A stretch of DNA of 64,000 nucleotides from Promethearchaeota archaeon (GCA_011364925.1 RDOA01000013.1:16205-80204), one strand, 5' to 3'; shown: positions 51,164 to 60,892, counted from the stretch's first letter. A program made the numbers and translations. The notes: generated from the letters alone by a model not told the origin.

Positions 51164-52486
51164 ATGTCTTTTGATGAATTAGATGGATGGAGAAAAACTC
51201 ATTACACCAAGGATGTAACCTCAAAATTACACGACGAAGAAGTAATTCTTGGTGGGTGGGTGAGAAATTTCAGAGATTTAGGCGGATTGAAGTTTATAAG
51301 TTTACAAGATAAGTATGGCGAACGGCAGATAACTCTAAAAAAAGGTGTTGTTTCTGACGAGTTATTTGAAAAGGCAAAACTAGGATACCAATACTGCGTT
51401 ATGGTTAAAGGAAAAGTGAAGGATTTTGAAGCTGCGCCTGGTGGAGTCGAAATAGTACCATCAGAAATTAAAATTTTGAATAGAACACCGGAAAAGCTTC
51501 CTATTGATATGACGGGAGAGACGATTTCAGAACTTGATCTTAGATTAAATAATAGAGCTCTGGATCTAAGATCCTTAAGAAACCAGGCAATTTTTGAAAT
51601 CCGTGGGCAGGTATTGAAATCAGTAAGGAATTTTTTACTTGACCGAGATTTTACTGAAATAACAACACCAAAAATAATAGGTTCTGCTACTGAGGGTGGA
51701 ACGGAACTATTTCCAATTATGTATTTCGATAGAGAAGCCTTTTTAGTTCAATCAGCTCAATTGTATAAAGAACAATTAAGTGGTGTATATGAACGGGTGT
51801 TTGAGATAAGTCCAGCTTTCCGAGCAGAAAAAAGTCATACGAAAAGACACATTTGTGAGATTTTTACGTTGGATGTGGAGTTGAGTTTTGTTGATATGTA
51901 CGATGTTTTAAAAGTTTTAGAAGAACTTGTCCAAAACGTAATAATAAACATTCGAGAGAATAATATGACTGCTTTGAAGACCCTTAACATGGAAGATAAG
52001 ACAATTGTTCCAGAATTACCCCTCCCTCGTTATAAATACGATGAAATCCTTGAATTACTAGAAAGTAAATTCAATATCTCTACTGAATGGGGAGAAGATA
52101 TATCAACAGATGCATATAGAAAATTGGGTGAAAGCTTAACGGGCTATTACTATATAACTCATTGGCCTATGCTGATAAAGCCGTTTTATATTCAGCCATC
52201 AAAAGATAAGAGGTATAGTGAATCTTTTGATCTTCAAATGGGGTGGCTTGAATTGACTTCTGGAGGTACTCGAGTCCATAACAGAGTACAATTAGAGAAC
52301 GCAATCGAAAGTAAAGGTTTAAATGCTTCTTCATTTGAATCTCACCTTATTGCGTATGACTTCGGAATGCCTCCTCACGCGGGATTTGGGTTAGGAATTG
52401 CCCGTTGGATAACATTTCTTTGCGGTTTAGATGATATTCGTGAAGCAGTGATGTATCCAAGAACACCCGAACGATTAACACCTTAA
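51164..52486 (+). CDS. aspS: Aspartate--tRNA ligase, archaeal type (probably non-discriminating)
   Basis: GWV...RDLGG, APGG loop (Pro typical of ND enzymes), FRAEKS, GMPPHAGFGLG. Confidence 0.96.
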   Translation: MSFDELDGWRKTHYTKDVTSKLHDEEVILGGWVRNFRDLGGLKFISLQDKYGERQITLKKGVVSDELFEKAKLGYQYCVMVKGKVKDFEAAPGGVEIVPSEIKILNRTPEKLPIDMTGETISELDLRLNNRALDLRSLRNQAIFEIRGQVLKSVRNFLLDRDFTEITTPKIIGSATEGGTELFPIMYFDREAFLVQSAQLYKEQLSGVYERVFEISPAFRAEKSHTKRHICEIFTLDVELSFVDMYDVLKVLEELVQNVIINIRENNMTALKTLNMEDKTIVPELPLPRYKYDEILELLESKFNISTEWGEDISTDAYRKLGESLTGYYYITHWPMLIKPFYIQPSKDKRYSESFDLQMGWLELTSGGTRVHNRVQLENAIESKGLNASSFESHLIAYDFGMPPHAGFGLGIARWITFLCGLDDIREAVMYPRTPERLTP

Positions 52487-52517
52487 TCCCATAAAAATTA
52501 TAGATCACTAAATAACA

Positions 52518-53441
52518 ATGTCAAATGAATGGTTTGATTCTTATATAAAAGCCGGCAAAGCAGTTATAGCCGCTAAGAAGTTAGCTGAAAAACTCGTAAG
52601 GCCAGGAACCTCATTTCTAGAAATTGCGAAAAGCTGCGAAGAAGAAATCATAAATCAAGGATGTGAGTTATCATTTCCAATAAACATGTCGTTAAACGAG
52701 CTTGCAGCTCATTATAGCCCTCCTATTGATGATCCTACAATAGTTCCAAATAAGGGATTATTAAAGATTGATCTAGGTTCTCATCACAATGGGTATATTG
52801 CGGATTCAGCAATCACTTTTAACTTAGATAAAGATCCAAAGTTACAGAATTATATTGTCGCTGCCCAAGAAGCACTCGATGCCGCAATTGAATTATTTAA
52901 ACCAGGAATTAAGCTGTATGAAATAGGTGAAGTAATTGCAAATAAAATTCATAACCATGGATTAAGACCAATAAGAAATCTTGGAGGTCATGAATTGAAA
53001 CAATACAATCTGCATGCTGGACCGTTCGTTCCTAATGTGAAAGATTTAAGTCATAGAGAAGTTTTGAAACCTGGAGATGCCTACGCCTGTGAGCCTTTTT
53101 CGACATCAGGGGAAGGATTAGTCACTAATGGTAAACATTCTTACATTTACCGATTTGTTAGACATATAAAAAAGAATATGCCTTACGAAGAGATAAGCTA
53201 TATGAAGAAAATTGAGGAATTAACCAAAAATCTACCTTTTTCTCCTCGATTATTAGAAAAACACGATATCATCCCCAAAAACAAAATTCAACGGATAATA
53301 GAGACCTTTAAACGGAAAAGAATCTTAGATGATTATCCCGTACTAGTAGAAGTCACTGGAGCCCCAGTTGCACAACAAGAACATACAATTATACTTGATT
53401 TGGATGGAACTCCATTTGTCACAACACGAATTAAGAATTAA
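52518..53441 (+). CDS. map: Methionine aminopeptidase type II
   Basis: AAHYSP, KIDLGSH.NGYIADSA, NLGGH, EPF, AQQEHT. Confidence 0.96.
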   Translation: MSNEWFDSYIKAGKAVIAAKKLAEKLVRPGTSFLEIAKSCEEEIINQGCELSFPINMSLNELAAHYSPPIDDPTIVPNKGLLKIDLGSHHNGYIADSAITFNLDKDPKLQNYIVAAQEALDAAIELFKPGIKLYEIGEVIANKIHNHGLRPIRNLGGHELKQYNLHAGPFVPNVKDLSHREVLKPGDAYACEPFSTSGEGLVTNGKHSYIYRFVRHIKKNMPYEEISYMKKIEELTKNLPFSPRLLEKHDIIPKNKIQRIIETFKRKRILDDYPVLVEVTGAPVAQQEHTIILDLDGTPFVTTRIKN

Positions 53442-54285
53442 GGAAAAAATCACAAGTATCATTTTATGTGCTGGTAAAGGAACGCGCGCCAAAGAGATTG
53501 CGCAAAGTATTCCAAAACCACTTGTTAAAATTAAATCTTTAGGTAATCAATCTATCCTCTCTTTAATGATTCAATCACTAAAGTATTTGAAATTGGATCA
53601 AATTGTGGTTGTAACGGGACATTTAGGTAATAAAATAGCGGATTTTGTAAACTCGCAACGATTTAAGAGTCGTTTTAATGAAGAAAGTATTACAATTCAT
53701 AGTTCAGGGGAAATGTACAAATTAGGGCCCTTATATTCTCTGCTAAGTATAACAAAAAGTCCTCAAATTTTTAAAGATGACCGATTTTTTATGATTTTAC
53801 CAGGAGACACTATATTCGATACCGAGCTTTTGCAAGAAATTCTCGATTTTATATTATTGAACCATTCAGTTTTAATCCAGAATTCAATTATTTTTTATAG
53901 AGAGTTTAGACCTAATATTTTATCAAAAGAGTTTGAAAAATATTATGTTAATTACGGAAAAATTATTTCCTATATAAAAGTGAGAGAAAAGAACGCAAAA
54001 GCAGTTGTTAAAGAAATATCTCAAGATAATTTGAAATCTCTTTACAATCAGCGCATTGTTTATCAAATTATTCCAGTCTTCATATTTAACAATGCACATA
54101 TAAATATAATTAAGGATCTCGCAAAAGAGGTCAATGTTCGTTCCATACGAGAAGTGGTTAATCTATTGATTAAGAAAAAAGAGCAATTTCTTGCTATACC
54201 AGTAAACCCTAATTATAACTTTTATGACATTGATTCTAATTTAGATTTAAAAATCCTAAATGATAAAAAAAAAGGTGGACAATAG
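53368..54285 (+). CDS. Sugar-phosphate nucleotidyltransferase family protein
   Basis: ILCAGKGTR, PKPL, GD, DID..LD; true start probably near 53437 (ATT) after map. Confidence 0.8.
   Translation: MHNKNIQLYLIWMELHLSQHELRIKEKITSIILCAGKGTRAKEIAQSIPKPLVKIKSLGNQSILSLMIQSLKYLKLDQIVVVTGHLGNKIADFVNSQRFKSRFNEESITIHSSGEMYKLGPLYSLLSITKSPQIFKDDRFFMILPGDTIFDTELLQEILDFILLNHSVLIQNSIIFYREFRPNILSKEFEKYYVNYGKIISYIKVREKNAKAVVKEISQDNLKSLYNQRIVYQIIPVFIFNNAHINIIKDLAKEVNVRSIREVVNLLIKKKEQFLAIPVNPNYNFYDIDSNLDLKILNDKKKGGQ
54265..54273 (-). terminator. U9 terminator of candidate ncRNA
   Basis: Nine T on the minus strand 2 nt after the terminal helix. Confidence 0.6.
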
Positions 54286-54761
54286 CAGCTCCGATTATCT
54301 CAGAAAACATGTTTCAATGGAAATCAACTCTTACTCCCATGAATCGTATCTGGATCAAAGCGCTATTGAAGAAGCTTATAATTTTATTTTAAAGACATGT
54401 AAAGTTTGAATGTCTCGTGTAGCAAAAAAACTGCTAAATTCAACAAGAACTCATGTAAAATTGTTTCAATTTACACCATCATTCATGTCAATTTAAACTT
54501 AATTGTATTTCTTCATAAAATTAATGCTTCAATGCGATAAATATTAGAAATCTCCTAAAGTAATACTAATTTTACAGTAAATAAGGATTCAGTACTATTT
54601 GATCGTAATTATATCAAACCGTGGAAATCAAGGTGTTAAGATTAACTCTGGTAAAAAAAAACGCTCCAGACTTTATGAATCATTTATCAATTTTGGAACA
54701 ACAAAGTCGTTATCTAAATTGTAATGCTGTATCATAAACCAATGATTTAAACTATTGTCCA
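54274..54761 (-). ncRNA. Candidate large (~490 nt) structured non-coding RNA, family unassigned
   Basis: No ORF >=60 aa; 11-bp terminal helix (54751-54761 with 54276-54286); nested helices 54665-71/54348-54, 54527-36/54361-71, 54515-22/54380-87, 54484-89/54394-99; hairpins; G-U pairs favour the minus strand. Confidence 0.75.
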
Positions 54762-54783
54762 ATTAGACATATACATAATCATC

Positions 54784-54801
54784 TATTTAAATTTATTTAT
54801 T
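54784..54801 (-). promoter_or_regulatory. TATA box with A-rich upstream element for candidate ncRNA
   Basis: TTTAAATA at 54791-54784, i.e. -31 to -24 from the 5' G at 54760. Confidence 0.55.
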
Positions 54802-54897
54802 AATTCTTGAAATATATTCACTAAATTAATAGGAGAAAGTTTAATACATTCCAATATTATTTACCAAAACGAAGTGTAAATAAGAAGTAATAATTAA

Positions 54898-55281
54898 GTG
54901 AAAATGTCAATAGATATAGAGATAGAACTCTTCGGAATAGGAACTCTTAAAGGTGAATTATCAAGAGTGTATGCCCCCCTATCCACAGATGCTATCGTTA
55001 ATAAACTTCCTATTGTATTACGAGGACGATTCAGTTTTGGTTCAAAAGCTTATTGGACGCTCCCTGGGATTGAAATCTATAAAGGGCATAACCCAAAATC
55101 AGTGAAAAATGTCGAAAAAGGAGAAATTATTTATAATCCTAAAACTGAAGAATTGCTCATAATACTACAAGATGGTGAAATGCCTAATAAAGTAAATAAA
55201 ATTGGAAGAGTCACTGACAACTTACAACTCCTTCTAAACGCTAAAAATGGCTTAAATACTAAAATAAATAGAATGAAGTAA
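54898..55281 (+). CDS. Cyclophilin-like fold protein
   Basis: L.R..AP.S..AI...LP, V.KGEI.Y.P, VNKIGRV pattern. Confidence 0.6.
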   Translation: MKMSIDIEIELFGIGTLKGELSRVYAPLSTDAIVNKLPIVLRGRFSFGSKAYWTLPGIEIYKGHNPKSVKNVEKGEIIYNPKTEELLIILQDGEMPNKVNKIGRVTDNLQLLLNAKNGLNTKINRMK

Positions 55282-55308
55282 TATAGAAAGGATATAAAGA
55301 AGGTCATT

Positions 55309-56124
55309 ATGGCGATTTCTAATAAGTTAACCATTGTTTTTACTTTTTTTTACTTAGGTGTTATGATTTACTTGATTTTATTTTTTACAGTTCCACCATT
55401 TCAAGATGCCATAATTCAATCAAGACATGATATATCAGGACTTACTGAAGGCTCTAACTACTTCATTGTGCTTTTAATAGCTTTTTTTATATGCCTTATA
55501 GGAAATGCAAGTGTAGGCTTTCCGATACCATACCCTTTCGTAATATTTTCTTTTTCTAACTCAATATTTACCCGCTACATAAATATGGGATTAAATTTTG
55601 GGGAAACTTTAATGAGTGGTCCATTCTGGTTAGAAATTTTAATACTAGCTGTTGTGGGAGGCCTTGGAAGCGCTGCAGGTGAACTTGTAGGATACTTAAT
55701 AGGAATAGGGGCTAAAAAAGTCCCTAAAATATCTCAATCAAAAACATTTGACAATGTCCAAGGATTTGGAAGACTTGTCTTAGATTACCCAAAATCTCTG
55801 CATTTTTTTATTTTCCTTGCCGCAGCTTTACCTATACCGGATGATCCTTTATGGATCGCGTTAGGAATGTCGAAGAAAAAAATTCACTTACCTATTTGTT
55901 TTATTTGGGCTTGGTTGGGGAAAAATGTGACCACTATCTTTTACGTTATCATTCCTATTTTGATATCGCTTGGATTTGGCTTTACCGGTATAGAATTTGA
56001 TGATTTTTCAAGTGTTATTACTGAGGCTTTTATGCTTTTGCTAACTTTAGCTGTTATGCAATTTATTTTATCATTCAACTGGGAAAAATATCTAAATAAC
56101 AGAAGAGCGAAAAGGAAAGCTTAA
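55309..56124 (+). CDS. DedA/VTT-like membrane protein
   Basis: GLGSAAGELVGYLIG, F.AAALPIPDD...I.LG, WLGK. Confidence 0.75.
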   Translation: MAISNKLTIVFTFFYLGVMIYLILFFTVPPFQDAIIQSRHDISGLTEGSNYFIVLLIAFFICLIGNASVGFPIPYPFVIFSFSNSIFTRYINMGLNFGETLMSGPFWLEILILAVVGGLGSAAGELVGYLIGIGAKKVPKISQSKTFDNVQGFGRLVLDYPKSLHFFIFLAAALPIPDDPLWIALGMSKKKIHLPICFIWAWLGKNVTTIFYVIIPILISLGFGFTGIEFDDFSSVITEAFMLLLTLAVMQFILSFNWEKYLNNRRAKRKA

Positions 56125-56128
56125 CCCC

Positions 56129-56296
56129 TTATTTCTTATTGTTTTTTAGGCAATTCTTACACACAAAGACCGTTTTCTCTTTGTTTTTCGAATTTTCATC
56201 GTGGTAGATTCTTTTGTAAATATAATCACCACATATTTGACACAGCGCAACTGTCCTCGTTTCGCCTAATAATGGACCTAAATTATCAAAAGTCAT
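56129..56296 (-). CDS. Small Zn-finger protein (55 aa)
   Basis: Not in ORF track; MTFDNLGPLLGETRTVALCQICGDYIYKRIYHDENSKNKEKTVFVCKNCLKNNKK, two CxxC, starts 9 nt after the Alba-like stop. Confidence 0.75.
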   Translation of the reverse strand: MTFDNLGPLLGETRTVALCQICGDYIYKRIYHDENSKNKEKTVFVCKNCLKNNKK

Positions 56297-56305
56297 ATAT
56301 TAAAT

Positions 56306-56632
56306 CTATATTTGTGATTTGGAGATTGTTATCTCGATTTTCGAAATTAAATCCTTCTTGTTTCTTTGAGATCGATTATCTTTTTTATTATAATTTTTAC
56401 GTGGATTTCTTTCGAAATATGGGCGGCTACCTAGTGATATATTAGCAATTTCTACACCAGGGTAGAGACGATTTTTTAAAATTTCAGCAACCTCAACAGC
56501 GGTGGAAATCTCTTCTCCTTCCCCCGTTATTAATAATGATTTTGTCCCTGCTGAAAAGGCAAAAATTGCATCTTTTATTGTTTTTTCCCGATCAGCACGA
56601 TTTTTAACTTTAAGGGTAGTATCGTTAGGCAC
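56306..56632 (-). CDS. Alba-family nucleic-acid-binding protein (divergent)
   Basis: G..ISTAVEVAEILKNR...V.I..I.LGS...ISKIEITI pattern of Alba. Confidence 0.75.
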   Translation of the reverse strand: MPNDTTLKVKNRADREKTIKDAIFAFSAGTKSLLITGEGEEISTAVEVAEILKNRLYPGVEIANISLGSRPYFERNPRKNYNKKDNRSQRNKKDLISKIEITISKSQI

Positions 56633-56809
56633 GAAAGAACCTCATTACCATATATTTGCTAAATTAGATTCAAAAGTAGTCTAACATATAAAAGTTATCC
56701 AAACAATATAAAATTTATTTAAATTCGATGATTTGTTTAATAATAAATAAGTAATATAACTGACATTATGCTTGTTAGAAGCACGAATTTTTACAATTCA
56801 AAATGTTTA

Positions 56810-58063
56810 TTATAAGTTAAATTCAGAACGAGCATTTAGATCATCAAGTACTTTTTGATATTCAGAACTCCTACCTTCGAAATGTTCAATAATTTTTCTT
56901 TCATCCGTGTCTAAATAATCGTATAATGGAGATATAATTTCTATTCTTTTCGTAAAATCCTTTATAATTTTCTTATAGAAATCATTAGGTTTTTGAAGCA
57001 TCTCCTTAATTTTCTTACTAAATTTCTCCTTCTTTTTCTTATAATTGGCTGCTTGATCCGTTTTCTTTATCTCAATTAGAATATCCTCATACTTCTTTAA
57101 TTCTTTTTCTATTTTTTCTCTAAATTTGGGAATACGGTAAATTTTTTTATCAATATCAGGATCCCATTCATATAAAAAATAATCGTCTTCTTCCGCTTCT
57201 TCTTCATCTGCTGTGATTTTAATGTCTCTTTTTAAAACCATAATTAGTCCGAAGTTTCTTTGAAGTTGTGCTAATGCTTTTTTACGCAAAATCTCATCGA
57301 TATATTCGATTTGCTTTAAAGTGTGTTTAATAGATTTATTAATCTCTTTAACATCTTTTTCGACCTTCTGAACCATTTCTTCTTTCGTAAATTCACATTT
57401 TAATTTAATTGCATTCGAATAAGTAGCGAACATGCCTCGATCGGGGTTATTCAATCTTATTCCCGCAACTCCAAGATAATTTCTCTTTGATCCTTTCTGA
57501 CAATGGTCAAATACTAATGCTATAGCGTAGGGATTTACACCTTGATAAAAAAGTTGAGTTTCGATGTCTCTTGGAGAAAATATAAAGCCAATACCGGGGT
57601 GAGTGTGCCACCATCCTACAAAGAAGTCCTCTTTATTATCTTGGATTGCTCTCTCATATATTGCAGTATTAAATTCAGCAGTGTCAACATAATGTTTACT
57701 TTTATACTCAACATAAGCCCTTCCTCCTACCATTACGGGGATTGCGTCCTTGATAATCACATCCTTATTATCTTTTATAGATCCTATCAGGATACCATAG
57801 ACTTCTCGCCAATTTCGTTGAGGTAAATCATCATTTCCATATCTCATTGCATACCCAACAATTCGCCTGTAGGCATTATATGATATAAAGACAGGAGTTT
57901 TGGTAGGGTCAATTCCATACTTCTGAATGTATCGTTCTTTAGTTGAAAATTCAACGAAATCATCTGAATCTGATGCTTTCGCATTCAAAACCGTATTTTC
58001 TTTACTAGGGTTTTCAAAATTGTTATTTTCCGCTTCGGCGCCATAACTCTCTTTTTTAGTCAT
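56810..58063 (-). CDS. JAB1/MPN+ (JAMM) metalloprotease with coiled-coil C-terminus
   Basis: REVYGILIG and VGWWHTHPGIGFIFSPRD (E-HxH-S-D). Confidence 0.85.
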   Translation of the reverse strand: MTKKESYGAEAENNNFENPSKENTVLNAKASDSDDFVEFSTKERYIQKYGIDPTKTPVFISYNAYRRIVGYAMRYGNDDLPQRNWREVYGILIGSIKDNKDVIIKDAIPVMVGGRAYVEYKSKHYVDTAEFNTAIYERAIQDNKEDFFVGWWHTHPGIGFIFSPRDIETQLFYQGVNPYAIALVFDHCQKGSKRNYLGVAGIRLNNPDRGMFATYSNAIKLKCEFTKEEMVQKVEKDVKEINKSIKHTLKQIEYIDEILRKKALAQLQRNFGLIMVLKRDIKITADEEEAEEDDYFLYEWDPDIDKKIYRIPKFREKIEKELKKYEDILIEIKKTDQAANYKKKKEKFSKKIKEMLQKPNDFYKKIIKDFTKRIEIISPLYDYLDTDERKIIEHFEGRSSEYQKVLDDLNARSEFNL

Positions 58064-58203
58064 TAACTAATCAAACGATTTTCTAAATTCTTAATAATCT
58101 CAACTATATTATTGGATAAATTTAAAACTTTTAAATTTATCAATCTTTTTAACCTATAAGAAAGTTCTTACTTTATATTCCCTTCTAGATTAATTGAACG
58201 CTC

Positions 58204-58746
58204 ATGAAAGTTATTGGTTTTGTCGGATTACCGGGTTCTGGTAAATCAGAAGTATTAAATGCTATTAAAGATCTAGGTGTTATAATTACAATGGGAGATG
58301 TAGTAAGAAACGAGGCGCGAGAAAGAAATATTGATCCAAGTGATGAAAACTTAGGGAAAATTGCTCAAGATCTACGAGAAGTTTTTGGTCCAGAAATTAT
58401 TGCTGAAAAGTGTGAGAAATTAATTAGAAATTTAGATGCTAATGTAATATTTATAGATGGATTAAGATCAAATGCTGAAGTTAAAGTGTTTCGAAAATCG
58501 TGGAAATTTCCTGTTATAGCAGTAGTAATTGATGACAAGACTAGATTTGAGAGACTCTCGAAGAGAGGAAGACCTGACGACCCAAATACTTTGGAAGATC
58601 TAAGGGAGAGAGATTTACGTGAGATTTCTTTTGGTTTGAAGGAAGTAATTGATACAGCAAACTACAAAATAGATAATACCGATCCTAAAATCGAAGTTCA
58701 AAAAAAGATACGAGAATTAGTTTTAAATATAATTTGCAATTATTAA
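58204..58746 (+). CDS. P-loop kinase, UPF0200/dephospho-CoA kinase-like
   Basis: GLPGSGKS, MGDVVR, IDGLRS..E, R.RLSKRGRPDD, RD.RE..FGL. Confidence 0.85.
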   Translation: MKVIGFVGLPGSGKSEVLNAIKDLGVIITMGDVVRNEARERNIDPSDENLGKIAQDLREVFGPEIIAEKCEKLIRNLDANVIFIDGLRSNAEVKVFRKSWKFPVIAVVIDDKTRFERLSKRGRPDDPNTLEDLRERDLREISFGLKEVIDTANYKIDNTDPKIEVQKKIRELVLNIICNY

Positions 58747-58749
58747 ATG

Positions 58750-59652
58750 CTATTTCAAGTAATCTACTATTGCTTTTGCTAAAGAAACTTTACTTACTTC
58801 ATTATCAATAGAATCTGTTCCAATAATATCATCTGCACCTGCATCAATGATTCTAAACTTAGCATTTTGCAATAATAATGCGTGAGTTGCGACAGCGAAT
58901 ACTCTATTAGCACCACTTTCCTTGGATAATCTAATGGCTTCTGCCATCGTTCCACCAGTTGCAATAATATCATCTGATATAATTACATCTTTATTTTTTA
59001 AACTTAACTTGCCAGACATCGTAATTTCTCCCGTTTTTACATCTCTCCTTTTTTCAAAGTATTCAACGGGAATGTTTTCTCCGAAATGCTTTGCAAATGC
59101 TTTCGATCTTTCAATAGCTCCTTTATCGGGAGCAACCACTACAACATCTTTAACATTTAATGATTTAATATAATCAGCTAATAATTTCATTGAATCAATG
59201 TTAATCCACTTGCACTGCACATCTTCGAAAATTTTTGGAGCGTGAACATCAACTACATAGATTTCGTCAATTCTCATAGAATCGATAAGACATAGCAATA
59301 AATTAGCAAATTTACTCTCACCGGGTCTAAAAATATGGTCTTGGCGAGCATAAGCGAGATATGGGATTACTACAACTATTTTTTTAGCACCCATTCTCTT
59401 TATAGCGTCAATCATCATGAGAAGCTCGAATAAACGAGCATTTTGATTTCCTCTTGAATTCGGTCCCGTTGATTGGACTATAATAACTTCTTTTTCTTCA
59501 ATTAATGACTCATTATCTATGTTAATCCTAAGATAGTTTTCTCCGTCTGGGAAATTTTTCGATTCTGTATTATAGTATTTGATATTTAATTCTTTTGCTA
59601 TTCTAATCCCAAGTATTTGACTTGCTGGACCTACAATTAATATTCTTTCCAT
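58750..59652 (-). CDS. prs: Ribose-phosphate pyrophosphokinase
   Basis: FPDGE, PYLAYARQD, APDKGA, DDIIATGGT. Confidence 0.96.
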   Translation of the reverse strand: MERILIVGPASQILGIRIAKELNIKYYNTESKNFPDGENYLRINIDNESLIEEKEVIIVQSTGPNSRGNQNARLFELLMMIDAIKRMGAKKIVVVIPYLAYARQDHIFRPGESKFANLLLCLIDSMRIDEIYVVDVHAPKIFEDVQCKWINIDSMKLLADYIKSLNVKDVVVVAPDKGAIERSKAFAKHFGENIPVEYFEKRRDVKTGEITMSGKLSLKNKDVIISDDIIATGGTMAEAIRLSKESGANRVFAVATHALLLQNAKFRIIDAGADDIIGTDSIDNEVSKVSLAKAIVDYLK

Positions 59653-59705
59653 CAGTATTCACATTAAAGATTTAAAATAGTTAATTTTTCTTTTTATACC
59701 ATTTT

Positions 59706-60425
59706 TCAAATATTTTTTATAAACTTAAGAGAAATATTAAAAATATCCTCTCGATGTCCTTTAAAAGAATGGCCTCCATCCTCGAATTCAATCACATTTT
59801 CTGTATTTAACCCTAGTTGCTTTTTGATCTGAGCAAGATTCGAAAATGGGATTCTCTCGTCATCTTTACAGTGAGCTATCAGAATTCTTTTATTATTTAA
59901 TGGGTCTTCTTTTAAAAAATATTTTGGGCTGATTTTCTGAACAATTTCCTCTTGAAACTTTACACCAGTCGTGTGATAATCATATCTTGTACATAGAGCA
60001 ATTAAAGCTTTTACATTATTATTAAGTAAACCTTGAGTTAAAATAATTGCTCCCCCGATACTTCTTCCAAATAGGATTATTTTTTCGTCCAAAAGTCTAG
60101 AAGATTGATACTTTAAAACCCAATCAATCACAACGTCGAGATCGGAAAAGATCTGGACAATCATTTTATCCCATCTAGAACCTGTTTGTTTTTTTGTTTG
60201 TCCATGAGCACGATAATCGTATGATAATACATAATATCCAGCACTGACAAATTTCTGCGTGAAATATTTAACAAAATAACTATCACGATGATCCAATAGT
60301 CCTGCTAAATTAATTACAAAAGGAGCCTTTTTAGGCTTGTCAGAACTAAAATAAATCGATCCCTTTAAATTTAGGTTTTCACCTTCGATGGAAATGTCGA
60401 TATTTTCAACTTCTAAGCTACTCAT
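59706..60425 (-). CDS. Alpha/beta hydrolase
   Basis: YDYRAHG, GRSIGG, H.KDDERIP, GGH. Confidence 0.85.
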   Translation of the reverse strand: MSSLEVENIDISIEGENLNLKGSIYFSSDKPKKAPFVINLAGLLDHRDSYFVKYFTQKFVSAGYYVLSYDYRAHGQTKKQTGSRWDKMIVQIFSDLDVVIDWVLKYQSSRLLDEKIILFGRSIGGAIILTQGLLNNNVKALIALCTRYDYHTTGVKFQEEIVQKISPKYFLKEDPLNNKRILIAHCKDDERIPFSNLAQIKKQLGLNTENVIEFEDGGHSFKGHREDIFNISLKFIKNI

Positions 60426-60892
60426 TTTGTATCCGAATTCTTTTCTTTGCCTTTATATTTCATAATAAGATTCTTTAGTGTTTTTACAGCAAGCTCTAAA
60501 CTATGCTTATGATCTTCTGGTAGCCCATATAGAGCATCGTCAATATCTTCTTTTTTCAAATTTTCAGCGTATTCAATGGTTTTACCCTCAATTAATAACG
60601 TTGTTTGGCTTCCAGTTGCCACTGTAGCTCCACAACCATCAGTAAAAAAATTTGCTTTCTTGATAATTCCGTTTTCGATTGTTAAATAAAATTCCATTGT
60701 ATCATTATGGGATCCCTTATACGAATTCGAAATTGTGAAGTAAGAAGGTTTTCCCCAATTTTTAGGGCTATGAGAGAGATTTACAATATGGTCATTAAAA
60801 TCGCTTATTTCTCGATCTATTACCTCTTGCTGAAGCCTTTCCACAAAATCATCAAAATCATCCCCTTTTTGAGGCATTCTATTTATGTTCAC
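60422..60892 (-). CDS. IscU/NifU-N-like protein with degenerate Cys ligands
   Basis: PKNWG, DTMEFYL, F.TDGCGAT.A.GS, GLPEDHKH. Confidence 0.85.
   Translation of the reverse strand: MNINRMPQKGDDFDDFVERLQQEVIDREISDFNDHIVNLSHSPKNWGKPSYFTISNSYKGSHNDTMEFYLTIENGIIKKANFFTDGCGATVATGSQTTLLIEGKTIEYAENLKKEDIDDALYGLPEDHKHSLELAVKTLKNLIMKYKGKEKNSDTK

Noticed and set aside
54274-54761. Identifying the structured element as tRNA, tmRNA, RNase P or SRP RNA
   Set aside because: The 5' end is superficially tRNA-like (UAGUUUA...UGGU) and the 3' end reads CCACC, but there is no TTCRA T-arm, no G3-U70, no clear CR-I/CR-V pair and no SRP helix-8 motif. A highly diverged version cannot be excluded without Infernal.
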